A stretch of 64,000 nt of DNA from Candidatus Saccharimonadales bacterium. GTDB taxonomy: Bacteria > Patescibacteriota > Saccharimonadia > Saccharimonadales > JANWIN01. Location: NCBI GenBank assembly GCA_025449905.1, contig JANWIN010000012.1:109318-173317 (forward strand). The letters are read 5' to 3'. Within the stretch, counting starts at the first letter, position 1. Every line of letters starts with the position of its first letter. The translations under genes were made by a program, and so were the position numbers. Positions 1 through 9,404 of the stretch are shown one piece after another. The notes under the pieces were generated by a model. That model did no database searches. It was given only the letters and a program-made list of their open reading frames with translations, and was not told the DNA's origin.

Positions 1-2
1 TA

Positions 3-503
3 ATGCACGAGCTTGATTTTGAAATTCAGAGAGAATCAATTCAAGAAACCCCCAAGTTTGAAGCCAGCTGGCTTAAAAGAAGCATAGGTCTTCGTAGGAT
101 AGCGACGCGGCTAGCAGCTGTGGGACTTAGTGCCGGGGCGGCGAGCTGTGTGGGTCCGCCACCTCCAGGCAAATTCCCTGAAGCGGGCAGGGGCTGTACA
201 GCTGCTAAAGAATATATTTCAACCTATGCTTCTAAAAGTGTTGTCGGCATCCCGATTAAATGGCGAGTAGAATGTCCTTACCCGGTACCTGGTGGACACC
301 AAGCAATGACTTGCGCTAATTCGCCAGGTTACTGCGAAGGTTTTTTAATTGCTTTTAGAGATTTAAATGTTTGCCCAGCAGCAATAATGAATGAAGCATC
401 AAACAGTTTTTATAAGCGCAACCCACAGACAGGTGCAATCGTACATGAATATTTAAATGATCCTTTCGGTTATTGTGGTCAACCCGGCAATCCGCGAGGC
501 TAA
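3..503 (+). CDS. Hypothetical Cys-rich secreted/lipoprotein-like protein
   Basis: 166 aa ORF; hydrophobic stretch ending in lipobox-like AASC at about residue 49; several further Cys; no family recognised. Confidence 0.6.
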   Translation: MHELDFEIQRESIQETPKFEASWLKRSIGLRRIATRLAAVGLSAGAASCVGPPPPGKFPEAGRGCTAAKEYISTYASKSVVGIPIKWRVECPYPVPGGHQAMTCANSPGYCEGFLIAFRDLNVCPAAIMNEASNSFYKRNPQTGAIVHEYLNDPFGYCGQPGNPRG

Positions 504-532
504 CACTTAACAGAGCTTTTTCAAAGCTTTGG

Positions 533-1609
533 TTATTTATGTACTACAACTTTGGTGCCGATGGGTGCCCAGTAGTAAACCCACTGGGCTTCGGAGTTGA
601 TGATACCTAAGCAGCCGTGTGAGCTGTTAACGCTGCCAAAATAACTCAGTGGTCGCCAGTAATTGCCGTGAATGGCATCACTGCCATTGAAGTAACTAAC
701 CCATTCAACATCCGGCTGAAAATACTTAGTACCGTCTGCATTAAAGCCTTTCATATCCTGAATGCGCACTTTGGAATAAATACTAAAATCACCGGTAGCT
801 GTAGGTGTGGCTGGTGCACCGGCGGTAATTAGAAAAGTTTTAACTAGCTCGCCGTTTTCATATGCATACATCCGCTTGGTGCTAATATTAGCCTCCAGCA
901 ATTTATCGCCAAAACCATTAATAGCAATGCTGCTGAAGGCAATGTGATGGCTGGGAATGGTGAACTTTGTCTTGTCACCAATCAGCAAGAGCTTACTTAG
1001 CTTATTTACTACAGATGCATTAACATCCAGCGAAAAACCACTAACTCCTTGAACCAAAATTGTTTTAGCACCATCTGACGCGACCGAATAAATTTGCTCA
1101 TGCGGCGAGCGGGCATAGGCTTTAGCCAAATCATCTAAATAATGCCCCAAAGCCTTTTTATTTACGCTTATAATTACACCCTTTGCTTTAAACCATCTAC
1201 TTTTTACTTTAGTGCTAGCTAAAATTTTCGTATCGCCAAATTTAAGGGCGACTGACTGTCTTACATAACTTCTTAAACCTTTTGGCTTAACCGATTCTTG
1301 CACTGAGCTGCCAGTCTCTACTTGATTGCTGGTTTTAGACAATTGTTCGGCAGCAACAAAGGTGCCAAGCAGTACTACTAATGAGATGGCAAAATATAGT
1401 AGCTGTTTCTTATTAAAATTAAAGGGCTTAAAGAGCCACTTTTTACCCGCAAATGGGGCGCCGAAAACAACTAGACCAGATGTAGGTGCTGCGCTATTAG
1501 CTCGGAGGAGCTTAAAAGGAAAATCCACCGGTGCCTGAACCTTTGGACCGACGATATCGTTACCAACTAAAGCCAAAGAATGGCTAGACTTTTTGTTGTT
1601 TTTTCCCAT
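533..1609 (-). CDS. L,D-transpeptidase (YkuD family) with N-terminal TM anchor
   Basis: C-terminal AIHGNYW...SHGCL catalytic motif, TPTATGDFSIYSK strand; TM near residues 70-88. Confidence 0.9.
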   Translation of the reverse strand: MGKNNKKSSHSLALVGNDIVGPKVQAPVDFPFKLLRANSAAPTSGLVVFGAPFAGKKWLFKPFNFNKKQLLYFAISLVVLLGTFVAAEQLSKTSNQVETGSSVQESVKPKGLRSYVRQSVALKFGDTKILASTKVKSRWFKAKGVIISVNKKALGHYLDDLAKAYARSPHEQIYSVASDGAKTILVQGVSGFSLDVNASVVNKLSKLLLIGDKTKFTIPSHHIAFSSIAINGFGDKLLEANISTKRMYAYENGELVKTFLITAGAPATPTATGDFSIYSKVRIQDMKGFNADGTKYFQPDVEWVSYFNGSDAIHGNYWRPLSYFGSVNSSHGCLGIINSEAQWVYYWAPIGTKVVVHK

Positions 1610-1708
1610 CTCATTTTTATTGTGAGGACTCTCTAAGGATCAATATAAGTATAAGCATAAAAGGGATACATATGCAAGACAGAAAAGCCAATAGTCAATG
1701 GCTGATAA

Positions 1709-2251
1709 CTAAATATTAATACAGCTAGCTTCTATCTGGACATCAGCCCTGAACGGGTCGGGCGATCCAGGCGGTATAGCGAGCGTGGCTACCATTTCAC
1801 GACTTTCATTGACGGCGATACGACCAACAACAATACCATTACGCTGTGGCAAGAGATCAATTCTTGAAACTGTTTTCGGTTCATCAATACTTGAATAAAC
1901 CCTGAAGACATCTAGGCTCGGTTGTGAAATATTTAAAGTAACGAGATTGTTTTCCGCTTGGCTGTGCTCGGCCGTGGTCGTCACAATAACTTCACCACCT
2001 TCAACGATTGGTATAATCTCGGTTTGACCTTCGACCTCACAACCAATGACAAGGGGAACTGCGGCTGTGCCTATTGCTGATTTAGCTGCTTCGGTTGGCG
2101 GTTTCTTACCTAAGGTAGGGCGTTCTAATCCACCAAGCCTGCCTGATAAAATGCTGGCTCCCGTCATTGCTATAGCTGAAGCTGTGAATGTACCAATAGC
2201 GATGATAGCCGCCTCTTTGAGACCCAAATTTTGCTTATTCTTTTCGGACAT
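1709..2251 (-). CDS. Hypothetical membrane-anchored protein
   Basis: 180 aa ORF with N-terminal hydrophobic segment; no family recognised. Confidence 0.55.
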   Translation of the reverse strand: MSEKNKQNLGLKEAAIIAIGTFTASAIAMTGASILSGRLGGLERPTLGKKPPTEAAKSAIGTAAVPLVIGCEVEGQTEIIPIVEGGEVIVTTTAEHSQAENNLVTLNISQPSLDVFRVYSSIDEPKTVSRIDLLPQRNGIVVGRIAVNESREMVATLAIPPGSPDPFRADVQIEASCINI

Positions 2252-2286
2252 ATAAATTCTATGATAACAAAATATTTAAGATAAGA

Positions 2287-3564
2287 ATGTACAATATCGT
2301 CATGCAGCAGGTAAACAATTTTTCTGAGGTTCATGAGGTTTTAGCTGGCTTTGTACCGCCGGCGCGTTCAATGCGGGCCAAATACAGCTTGGAAAGAATG
2401 CTCAAACTTATGGACGAATTGGGCAATCCGCAGGAGAGTTTTAAGACTATCCATGTGGCCGGCACGTCGGGGAAGACTTCAACCTGCTATTACATTGCCG
2501 CGCTTCTAGGAGCAACTGGTAAAAAAATTGGCGTGACCGTCTCGCCGCATATTGATGAAGTTAATGAGCGTCTGCAAATAAACCTGACCCCCCTGTCCGA
2601 ACAAGAATTTTGCCAAGAGCTGAATGAATTTCTAAAAATACTTAACAGGTTAAGCGTTAAGCCAACTTACTTTGAGCTATTAATAGCTTTTGCTTATTGG
2701 CAGTTCGCTAAACAAAAAGTTGACTATGCCGTCATTGAGGTTGGTCTGGGCGGCCTGCTGGATGGCACCAATGTTATTAATCGAGCTGATAAAGTTTGTG
2801 TTATTACTGATATCGGGCTAGATCATACCAGCGTACTGGGGAACACTGTAGAAAAAATAGCCGCTCAAAAAGCCGGCATCATACAATCCAAGAATCAAGT
2901 AATTATGAACGCCCAAGACCCGGAAATAATGACAGTGATAAAACAAAGGCAAGGTGAAAAACAAGCTAGTCTAATAATAGTTGAGACCGACGAAGCAATT
3001 ACGCAAAACGATATGCCGTGGTTTCAGCATAGAAATTGGCAGTTAGCCTATGCGGTTTATAAGTACGTCAGCAATCGCGATGGTTTGGAGGACTTAGATA
3101 CTAACCAAATTAATAAAGCTATGAAGACCTATATTCCGGCGCGGATGGAAATTGTTAATAAAAACGGACAGACCATCATTATGGACGGCGCCCATAACCC
3201 GCAGAAAGTTGGCGCACTAGTGCGCAGTCTGCAAAGTAAGTTTCCTAATCAAAAAATGCAGGTCGTGATGGGTTTGTTGAGCGACAAAGAAGTAAAAGGA
3301 GTTCTTGAACAGCTAAAACCAGTTACTAAATCTTTATATGCAACTTATTTTGATGCCGAACAAGATATGCCGCGCTCGGCAATCCAGCCAGCTGAAATAG
3401 CCGAGGCGGCGAAAGCGCTAGGCATTGAGGCTTTAGAAATTAAAGAGCCGGAAAAAGCATTTAAGGAGTCTCTTAAGACAAACGATTCGGTGTTGGTCGT
3501 TGGTTCATTTTTCTTGCTCAATCACATCAGACCAATACTTAAGCGTGATAACCTATTAGTATGA
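2287..3564 (+). CDS. folC: Folylpolyglutamate synthase/dihydrofolate synthase
   Basis: IHVAGTSGKTS P-loop, EVGLGGLLDGTN, DHTSVLG, DGAHNP motifs; true start may be ATG 2302. Confidence 0.95.
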   Translation: MYNIVMQQVNNFSEVHEVLAGFVPPARSMRAKYSLERMLKLMDELGNPQESFKTIHVAGTSGKTSTCYYIAALLGATGKKIGVTVSPHIDEVNERLQINLTPLSEQEFCQELNEFLKILNRLSVKPTYFELLIAFAYWQFAKQKVDYAVIEVGLGGLLDGTNVINRADKVCVITDIGLDHTSVLGNTVEKIAAQKAGIIQSKNQVIMNAQDPEIMTVIKQRQGEKQASLIIVETDEAITQNDMPWFQHRNWQLAYAVYKYVSNRDGLEDLDTNQINKAMKTYIPARMEIVNKNGQTIIMDGAHNPQKVGALVRSLQSKFPNQKMQVVMGLLSDKEVKGVLEQLKPVTKSLYATYFDAEQDMPRSAIQPAEIAEAAKALGIEALEIKEPEKAFKESLKTNDSVLVVGSFFLLNHIRPILKRDNLLV

Positions 3565-4043
3565 TTAGAGCCATTGTTGCAGCTGATGAAAAACGCGGTA
3601 TTGCCGATGACCATGGTATTCCCTGGCAGGGCAAAATACCATCGGATGTTAAGTATTACCGAGACAAAATAACCAGCGGCACGCTATTGATGGGCTATGG
3701 ACTCTATAAAGAACTCAGCCATCCGTACCCGGGCGGCGTTAACTATGTAGCGACAGACAAAAAAGAAGAGAAATTTCCAGATGGCTTTGAACCCGTTTAT
3801 GATGCCCGCGAATTTTTAAAAAAAGTTAAAGGTGACGCCTGGAATCTGGGTGGTGCAGGTATTATTGCCAGCACTTTTGATTTAATTGACGAACTTTACA
3901 TTACCCAACTGGAAGGTGATTTTCACTGCACCAAGTTCATACCTGAATACGAACAAGAATTTCAAAAAATCTCTGAATCTGAACCATTAACTGAAAACGC
4001 CATAACCTTTCGTTTTACGGTCTGGAAACGTAAAACTCGCTAG
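3561..4043 (+). CDS. folA: Dihydrofolate reductase
   Basis: IVAAD..GI, IPW, LMG, LGG, ELYIT motifs; overlaps the folC stop. Confidence 0.9.
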   Translation: MIRAIVAADEKRGIADDHGIPWQGKIPSDVKYYRDKITSGTLLMGYGLYKELSHPYPGGVNYVATDKKEEKFPDGFEPVYDAREFLKKVKGDAWNLGGAGIIASTFDLIDELYITQLEGDFHCTKFIPEYEQEFQKISESEPLTENAITFRFTVWKRKTR

Positions 4044-4063
4044 ATTAGGTATACTAGATAAAC

Positions 4064-4798
4064 ATGCTAAATTTATTCGGTTCAGGAATTAAGTATAAAA
4101 TCTCCAGTTTTACAATCGGGCTAGCTACATTAGTTTTTACAGCTGGTGTAGCCATGGCTCAAGGTCAATATGTTAGGGGATCTACGGGCGTTGACGTTAG
4201 TTATCCTAACTGCAGCCAAAAAATTCCAAAAGTTGTTTTTGGAATAGTTGGCGTCAATGGTGGGCTAAATTTTTCCAAGAACCCGTGTTTGGCCAGCCAA
4301 TCTGCAAATTTTAAAAATCTAAGCTTGTATGTCAATACGGGCTACCCAGGTCAAAGCTACGGCTTGAAATATCAAAATTCTCCCAAAATCTGTTCAGGCT
4401 CAGACTTAAATTGCTTGGCTTACAATTACGGTTATAACGCTGGTCTTTATTCGGTCAATTATGCCAATAGCCTAAATGTACGAAGTTCGACTTGGTGGTT
4501 AGATGTTGAGAATGTTAACAGTTGGACCAATGATCCTCAGCAAAACCGTAATAGCCTGCAAGGCCAATACGAAGCAATAATTGCTTCGGGGGCCAGCACT
4601 GTTGGAGCCTACAGCACTACTGCCCAGTGGAATAGCATTACCGGGACCTGGCGCAATAATTGGCCGTCTTGGGGTGCCACTACTTGGACTACCGCCAAAC
4701 AAGCTTCAAAATATTGTACGGGACATGAATTTACTGGCGGTCCTTCTTATCTAATGCAATACAAGCCACGCGGCATCGACCAGGACTACGCCTGTTAA
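4064..4798 (+). CDS. Secreted GH25-like (muramidase-fold) glycoside hydrolase
   Basis: Signal peptide (AMA), GVDVSYPNC and WWLDVE (DxE) motifs typical of GH25-like barrels. Confidence 0.7.
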   Translation: MLNLFGSGIKYKISSFTIGLATLVFTAGVAMAQGQYVRGSTGVDVSYPNCSQKIPKVVFGIVGVNGGLNFSKNPCLASQSANFKNLSLYVNTGYPGQSYGLKYQNSPKICSGSDLNCLAYNYGYNAGLYSVNYANSLNVRSSTWWLDVENVNSWTNDPQQNRNSLQGQYEAIIASGASTVGAYSTTAQWNSITGTWRNNWPSWGATTWTTAKQASKYCTGHEFTGGPSYLMQYKPRGIDQDYAC

Positions 4799-4883
4799 TT
4801 TATTCTCAACCTTGGCGTAAGAAATCTTACTGAACGCTTATTATTTAGTCGTTAAACTAGAGATTATTAACAAGGAGGCTGAT

Positions 4884-5033
4884 ATGTTAATAACAATAGC
4901 TATAGTTTTAGGGCTTTTATGGTTGGTGGGGTTGTTGGGTCACGTTGGCGGCAATCTAGTACATCTTGTGCTGTTTGTCGCGATTGTGATACTTATTTAT
5001 GATTTCGTAACCGGTCGTCGCCACGAAGTTTAA
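4884..5033 (+). CDS. Small membrane protein, lmo0937/DUF5670-like (49 aa; absent from ORF track)
   Basis: AAGGAGG SD upstream; MLITIAIVLGLLWLVGLLGHVGGNLVHLVLFVAIVILIYDFVTGRRHEV fits the LW.LG....GG.IH.LL...GRR pattern. Confidence 0.85.
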   Translation: MLITIAIVLGLLWLVGLLGHVGGNLVHLVLFVAIVILIYDFVTGRRHEV

Positions 5034-5081
5034 AGTTGTAAAAACAGGGGTAATTTGCTAAAGTCCTCAGGAGTTTGACTG

Positions 5082-5253
5082 CCAGACAGTTTGGCTTTAG
5101 GCTAATGCTAGGAAAGCCTTTATTTGAGAGGTTGGGTGTATTTATATACATCTAGCCGACAAAATAAAGAAGCTTGACACAGCAGTAGCCAAAGAGCACA
5201 AACAGAATTTCTAAGTCTGTTAGAGAGCAGGTTTGTGTGGCCAAACTGTCTGG
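5082..5253 (+). ncRNA. Structured intergenic element, family copy 1 (three-way junction), abutting tRNA-Lys
   Basis: Perfect 14-bp closing helix CCAGACAGTTTGGC/GCCAAACTGTCTGG; arm 1 with AGGAA/GACAC loop and GTAT..ATAC tip; arm 2 with AGAA/GCAG loop. Confidence 0.75.
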
Positions 5254-5330
5254 GGGCCCATAGCTCAGCTGGTTAGAGCACCTGCCTCTTAAGCAGGGTG
5301 TCGAGGGTTCGAGTCCCTCTGGGCCCTCCA
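5254..5330 (+). tRNA. tRNA-Lys (anticodon CUU)
   Basis: GGGCCCA/TGGGCCC acceptor stem, anticodon loop CTCTTAA, GGTTCGAGTCC T-arm, encoded CCA. Confidence 0.97.
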
Positions 5331-5340
5331 AATTAGCAGT

Positions 5341-5868
5341 ATGATTAATTATTCAGAAAAATATTCATTGTGGATGCCTCCTGCCGGGGAGTCAGGCGAG
5401 AGACTAGAAGTATTGGTTGATAAAATTGCAGGTGAAAACCAAGCCCCTGCTTTCGTTCCTCATTTAACCTTAGTTGGGAATGTAATTACTGAGGCCATCA
5501 ACGCAAGCGAAGCTAAGAAAAGGGTGGAAGAACTAGCAGGAAAGGTAGACAGATTTACTTTAACACTAGAGGGCTACGGCTATAAAGATGAGGAAAGGCG
5601 TTCATTGTATCTATTAGCTAATGCAGTGCAACTGGAGTTTGTTTTCGAAGAGGCAGCTAAACTATTCCCACAGGTTAACTCAGAACATTTTAGAACTGTA
5701 CCTCACTTAAGCATTTTATATGGTAATTATCCTGAAGCTTTGAAGCAGCAAATCATAAATGAAGATCCTATGTTTCGAGCAGAATGCTCGATAGAATCCT
5801 TTGATCTTTACAATACCGCCGGTCCAATTTCAGAATGGCGCCCGGAACAGACTTTCTTATTACAATAG
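5341..5868 (+). CDS. 2H phosphoesterase (cyclic phosphodiesterase-like)
   Basis: Two Hx[T/S] motifs PHLTL and PHLSI about 80 aa apart; YSLW N-terminal strand. Confidence 0.85.
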   Translation: MINYSEKYSLWMPPAGESGERLEVLVDKIAGENQAPAFVPHLTLVGNVITEAINASEAKKRVEELAGKVDRFTLTLEGYGYKDEERRSLYLLANAVQLEFVFEEAAKLFPQVNSEHFRTVPHLSILYGNYPEALKQQIINEDPMFRAECSIESFDLYNTAGPISEWRPEQTFLLQ

Positions 5869-5949
5869 CGCTCGTGTCGCATTTATTTCGCTTATGCTTT
5901 CCCAGCCTGTTTGCTATAGTGGTTAGAGAAGTGGGGACAACTAATATTT

Positions 5950-7296
5950 ATGGGCAAAAGCAGCTCGCACTTATCAAAAAATAAAAACGGATTATTTTCT
6001 ACAACCTCCAAGGCTATATCTATTTTCTTATTTGGCCTACTCATAGCAGCTTTAGTTGTGATGTACGTAAATTCCAACTACCGAAAAAGTTTAATTGAGA
6101 AAGCCAACACCATCTCTGCAGTAATTGATTCTGAAAAGGTCGCCAGTCTCAAAAATCCTAGCTCACCAACACTTAATGAGGATTATGATTACCTAAAAGC
6201 CAAACTAGCAGCCGCTAAAGCAGCCAATCATGGTACGCGCTTTACATATTTAATGGATAAAACGCAAGAAAAGGGTGTTTATTTCTTGGCTGATTCTGAA
6301 CCAAAAGATAGTGAAGATTATTCACCGTTAGGACAGGAGTATCCGGAGGCCACTCAAGCACTGCAGGATATTTTTAGCAACAAACGAGCTTTTATTGAAG
6401 GGCCGGTGCATGATCGCTGGGGCACCTGGCTTTCAGTTTTAACGCCGGTTTATAGTAATGACGGTCAATTAGTAGCTATTGCTGGGATGGATATTCCGGC
6501 CAAGGAGTACATAGTTTTGCTGGTAGTTTCGGCCGTGGTGCCGTTGAGCCTAGCTATTGCTATTGCGGCGCTTCTGATAATTGGCGACCGTATTCGTAAA
6601 CGTCAACTAGACGGCATGCTGTTTCGTTCGGAACTTATTTCTATCGCCTCACATGAGCTTTATACGCCATTGACTGGTATTCGCTGGGGAGCCGAAAGTG
6701 TACTGCGCTATCCGCTGGGTGACAATCAGCGTTACCGTGTGGAGTCGATTTATAGCAGCGTCGTTAGACTGCAAGAAAGTATTGAAGAGATTTTGCAGTT
6801 GGCCCGACTGCAAAATGTTAGAGGCCGCGAACTAGAAATACTACCCGCAGACTTAACTGCGATGATAAGTAATGTTTTATCGGTCCAAAAATTGCCGGCC
6901 GCTCAACGCAATGTCAAACTACAATTTACCCAAGATTGGCCCAAATCATTGTCTATAAATTGTGATGAATCACAGCTAAGGCGCGTATTTAATAATATTA
7001 TTTCAAACGCCATTAAATATACCCGCGAAAATACTATTGTTAGTGTTGGCTACCAGCAAACCCCCAAAGCGCACATTATAACTATTACAGATCAGGGCAT
7101 CGGTATACCAAAAGCAGAGCAGAAAAAAGTTTTCGGCGGATTTTACCGAGCCAGCAATGCTATTAGTGAACACACCAGCGGCAGCGGCATGGGCCTATAT
7201 TTATCAAGAAGTGTCGTCGAGCAGCATGGTGGCAAACTATGGTTCCAGTCCGAACAGGGCAAAGGCACAACCGTTTTCATACAACTGCCTCTGTAA
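5950..7296 (+). CDS. Membrane sensor histidine kinase with extracellular Cache-like domain
   Basis: Two TMs; H-box ASHELYTPLT, N-box NIISNAIKYT, DQGIGI, GSGMGL. Confidence 0.92.
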   Translation: MGKSSSHLSKNKNGLFSTTSKAISIFLFGLLIAALVVMYVNSNYRKSLIEKANTISAVIDSEKVASLKNPSSPTLNEDYDYLKAKLAAAKAANHGTRFTYLMDKTQEKGVYFLADSEPKDSEDYSPLGQEYPEATQALQDIFSNKRAFIEGPVHDRWGTWLSVLTPVYSNDGQLVAIAGMDIPAKEYIVLLVVSAVVPLSLAIAIAALLIIGDRIRKRQLDGMLFRSELISIASHELYTPLTGIRWGAESVLRYPLGDNQRYRVESIYSSVVRLQESIEEILQLARLQNVRGRELEILPADLTAMISNVLSVQKLPAAQRNVKLQFTQDWPKSLSINCDESQLRRVFNNIISNAIKYTRENTIVSVGYQQTPKAHIITITDQGIGIPKAEQKKVFGGFYRASNAISEHTSGSGMGLYLSRSVVEQHGGKLWFQSEQGKGTTVFIQLPL

Positions 7297-7327
7297 TTCA
7301 TATTTAACTAATGTAGAATAAGCAGGT

Positions 7328-8125
7328 ATGAAAATACTGAACGGCAGTGAACTAGCAGGTTATATAAAAGAGCGGCAGGCTCGCGAAGTCCGCAGCTTGA
7401 TTCAAGCAAAGGGTATCAAACCTAAGCTAGCTATTGTTCAGGTTAAAGATGATCCAGTTATAAATACCTATGTTCGGCTAAAAAAAGCTTATGGGGCCGA
7501 TATTCAGATTGACGTTGATATTCATTTTATTTCTCAGGTTGAAATTGCAAAGAATTTGCAAAAACTAAATGAAGATAAATCTGTTCATGGCATCATTGTT
7601 CAACTGCCACTGATGGATACTAGCCAGACTGAAGAAATAGTTAATATGGTAGCACCCGAAAAAGATGTTGACGCGTTGGGCGCGCAAGCAAAGTTTGAAC
7701 CAGCTACGCCGATGGCTATAATGTGGCTGCTATCCGGTTATAACGTTGAGCTAAACGGCAAACAAATTTTATTAGTCGGCCGAGGAAAGTTAGTAGGGGC
7801 GCCATTAGAGAAAATACTAAAAGCTTCCGGCCACAAGGTTGAAGTTATTGACCGAGGCGCCAAAGATCTAGGCGACCATACTAAAAAAGCAGATATTGTT
7901 ATCACCGCGACTGGAAGTCCGGCCATTTTATATTCCGATATGATTAAAGAAAACGCCGTAGTAGTTGATGCTGGCGTAGCCAGTGAGTCTGGCAAAACCG
8001 TTGGCGATTTATCAGTAGATGTTTACGAGCGCGAGGATTTAACTATTACACCAAAGAAAGGTGGAGTAGGACCTCTGACGGTATGCGCACTGTTTGAGAA
8101 TACTATTAGAGCGGCTAGGAATTAA
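7328..8125 (+). CDS. folD: Methylenetetrahydrofolate dehydrogenase/cyclohydrolase
   Basis: HGIIVQLPL, PEKDVD, GRGKLVGAPL, GGVGPLTV motifs. Confidence 0.95.
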   Translation: MKILNGSELAGYIKERQAREVRSLIQAKGIKPKLAIVQVKDDPVINTYVRLKKAYGADIQIDVDIHFISQVEIAKNLQKLNEDKSVHGIIVQLPLMDTSQTEEIVNMVAPEKDVDALGAQAKFEPATPMAIMWLLSGYNVELNGKQILLVGRGKLVGAPLEKILKASGHKVEVIDRGAKDLGDHTKKADIVITATGSPAILYSDMIKENAVVVDAGVASESGKTVGDLSVDVYEREDLTITPKKGGVGPLTVCALFENTIRAARN

Positions 8126-9404
8126 AAACTGATTCAACAATTTTGAAAATTTCTTCTGGTATACTATTCGGCCCGAGTTTTTTATAGTCATAATCTTCTG
8201 GTAAATCAAAAACGTACTTATTAAGTTCTGGATACTTAGCTTGCGCTAGCTTCATTGCAGCGCGGCTTTCTTTAACCTCGCCGACGCAATCAAGCGGCTT
8301 ATGACCTTCAATGCCTAATAACTGGCGATAGGTTGACTCAAGTTCATTAGTAAGTAGCAGGTTTTTACCCCCAAATAAAGTCTCTAGCTCTTGTTGCTCG
8401 ACAAAAGGCGTCAAAATAAGAAAGGTGAAAGCGCACTTAGGGCATTCGCCACACCAAAAAATTTTGTCACTGCTGTGAATAAAAGCCCGGTTGCAAGAAC
8501 TAAATACCCTTTTGTATTTATTAAAACCAATTTTAGAAAATAATTCGGCAATTCTAACTTCGCTTAATGGTCTAAGCAGGGAATAGTAGCGTAAGTTATC
8601 ACCAAAGCAATGGCTTAAATATTGTTGGTAGTCCTTTTCGAATTCTAAAGATTTAGAGTACTGATGATTAATAGCCACTCCCTGATAGTGTAGATTCGGC
8701 TCACTGGCTGAACTTTCGTTGGAAACTACATTATCTTGGTAGCCACTTAATAATGCTACAATTGTGCCGACACAGGCAAAAATAGCCGAAATAGGGATAT
8801 GGCCGTTTAGAGCACCTTGCTTATTAAGCTCTAAAAGTTGCCTATCCCACTGACGTTCAACCCAAAAATGCTTGGTACCAATGGTTTGAACCAAAGGTTC
8901 AAGCTGCGAACGATGTGACAAACTCCAAGTAGCAACTTTGGGCTGATTCTTCAGCAGTTCGATGCTAACTAATGAATCTTTGCCACCGCCAATCCCGCTA
9001 AGCTGTCCTTCCCCTTCATTACTTAACATGTTAAGTGTCGAGTCACTATTAGTCGGAAAAACTATTACCGTATTCGGACTTAGCTTGTTTACGTATAAAA
9101 ACTCCCCTAGCCCCTTTTGATAAGTTTTGCTAAAAAAATCTGCGCTTGCTTGATCCAGATAACCTTTTTTTATTTCAATACCTGAGGGCATATAGGTTTT
9201 GTAGTATGAAACTCCGGCCATAAAAAATAAGGACTGAAAAGCTCGATCTAAAGCTTCTGTATTCATAGTTTTATAAAAATCAAAGTTGAACTGATAAGTT
9301 TCAGTAAAATTAAGCTGACTATCAAGACTATATTTTAGGGTTAAAGTTTTAGTAGCTTCCTCTAAACTATAATCCTCAAAAATAAAGTTTTGAAACTTAC
9401 TCAT
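8115..9404 (-). CDS. murL: MurL-like UDP-MurNAc-L-Ala-L-Glu epimerase
   Basis: AGVSYYK, PP-loop GGGKDS, NHQYSKSLEFE, SSCN..WCGECPKC, KPLDCVG; overlaps murD stop. Confidence 0.8.
   Translation of the reverse strand: MSKFQNFIFEDYSLEEATKTLTLKYSLDSQLNFTETYQFNFDFYKTMNTEALDRAFQSLFFMAGVSYYKTYMPSGIEIKKGYLDQASADFFSKTYQKGLGEFLYVNKLSPNTVIVFPTNSDSTLNMLSNEGEGQLSGIGGGKDSLVSIELLKNQPKVATWSLSHRSQLEPLVQTIGTKHFWVERQWDRQLLELNKQGALNGHIPISAIFACVGTIVALLSGYQDNVVSNESSASEPNLHYQGVAINHQYSKSLEFEKDYQQYLSHCFGDNLRYYSLLRPLSEVRIAELFSKIGFNKYKRVFSSCNRAFIHSSDKIFWCGECPKCAFTFLILTPFVEQQELETLFGGKNLLLTNELESTYRQLLGIEGHKPLDCVGEVKESRAAMKLAQAKYPELNKYVFDLPEDYDYKKLGPNSIPEEIFKIVESVFNS

Noticed and set aside
5082..5253. 6S RNA, SRP RNA or hairpin ribozyme identity for the structured element
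   Set aside because: No large central bubble as in 6S; no GNRA-capped CAGG/AGCA helix of SRP; the AGAA loop faces RCAG rather than the NGUC of hairpin ribozymes; and several diverged copies exist.
5330..7296. tRNA-anchored integrative island
   Set aside because: No integrase and no duplicated tRNA 3' end noticed downstream of either tRNA or ssrA.
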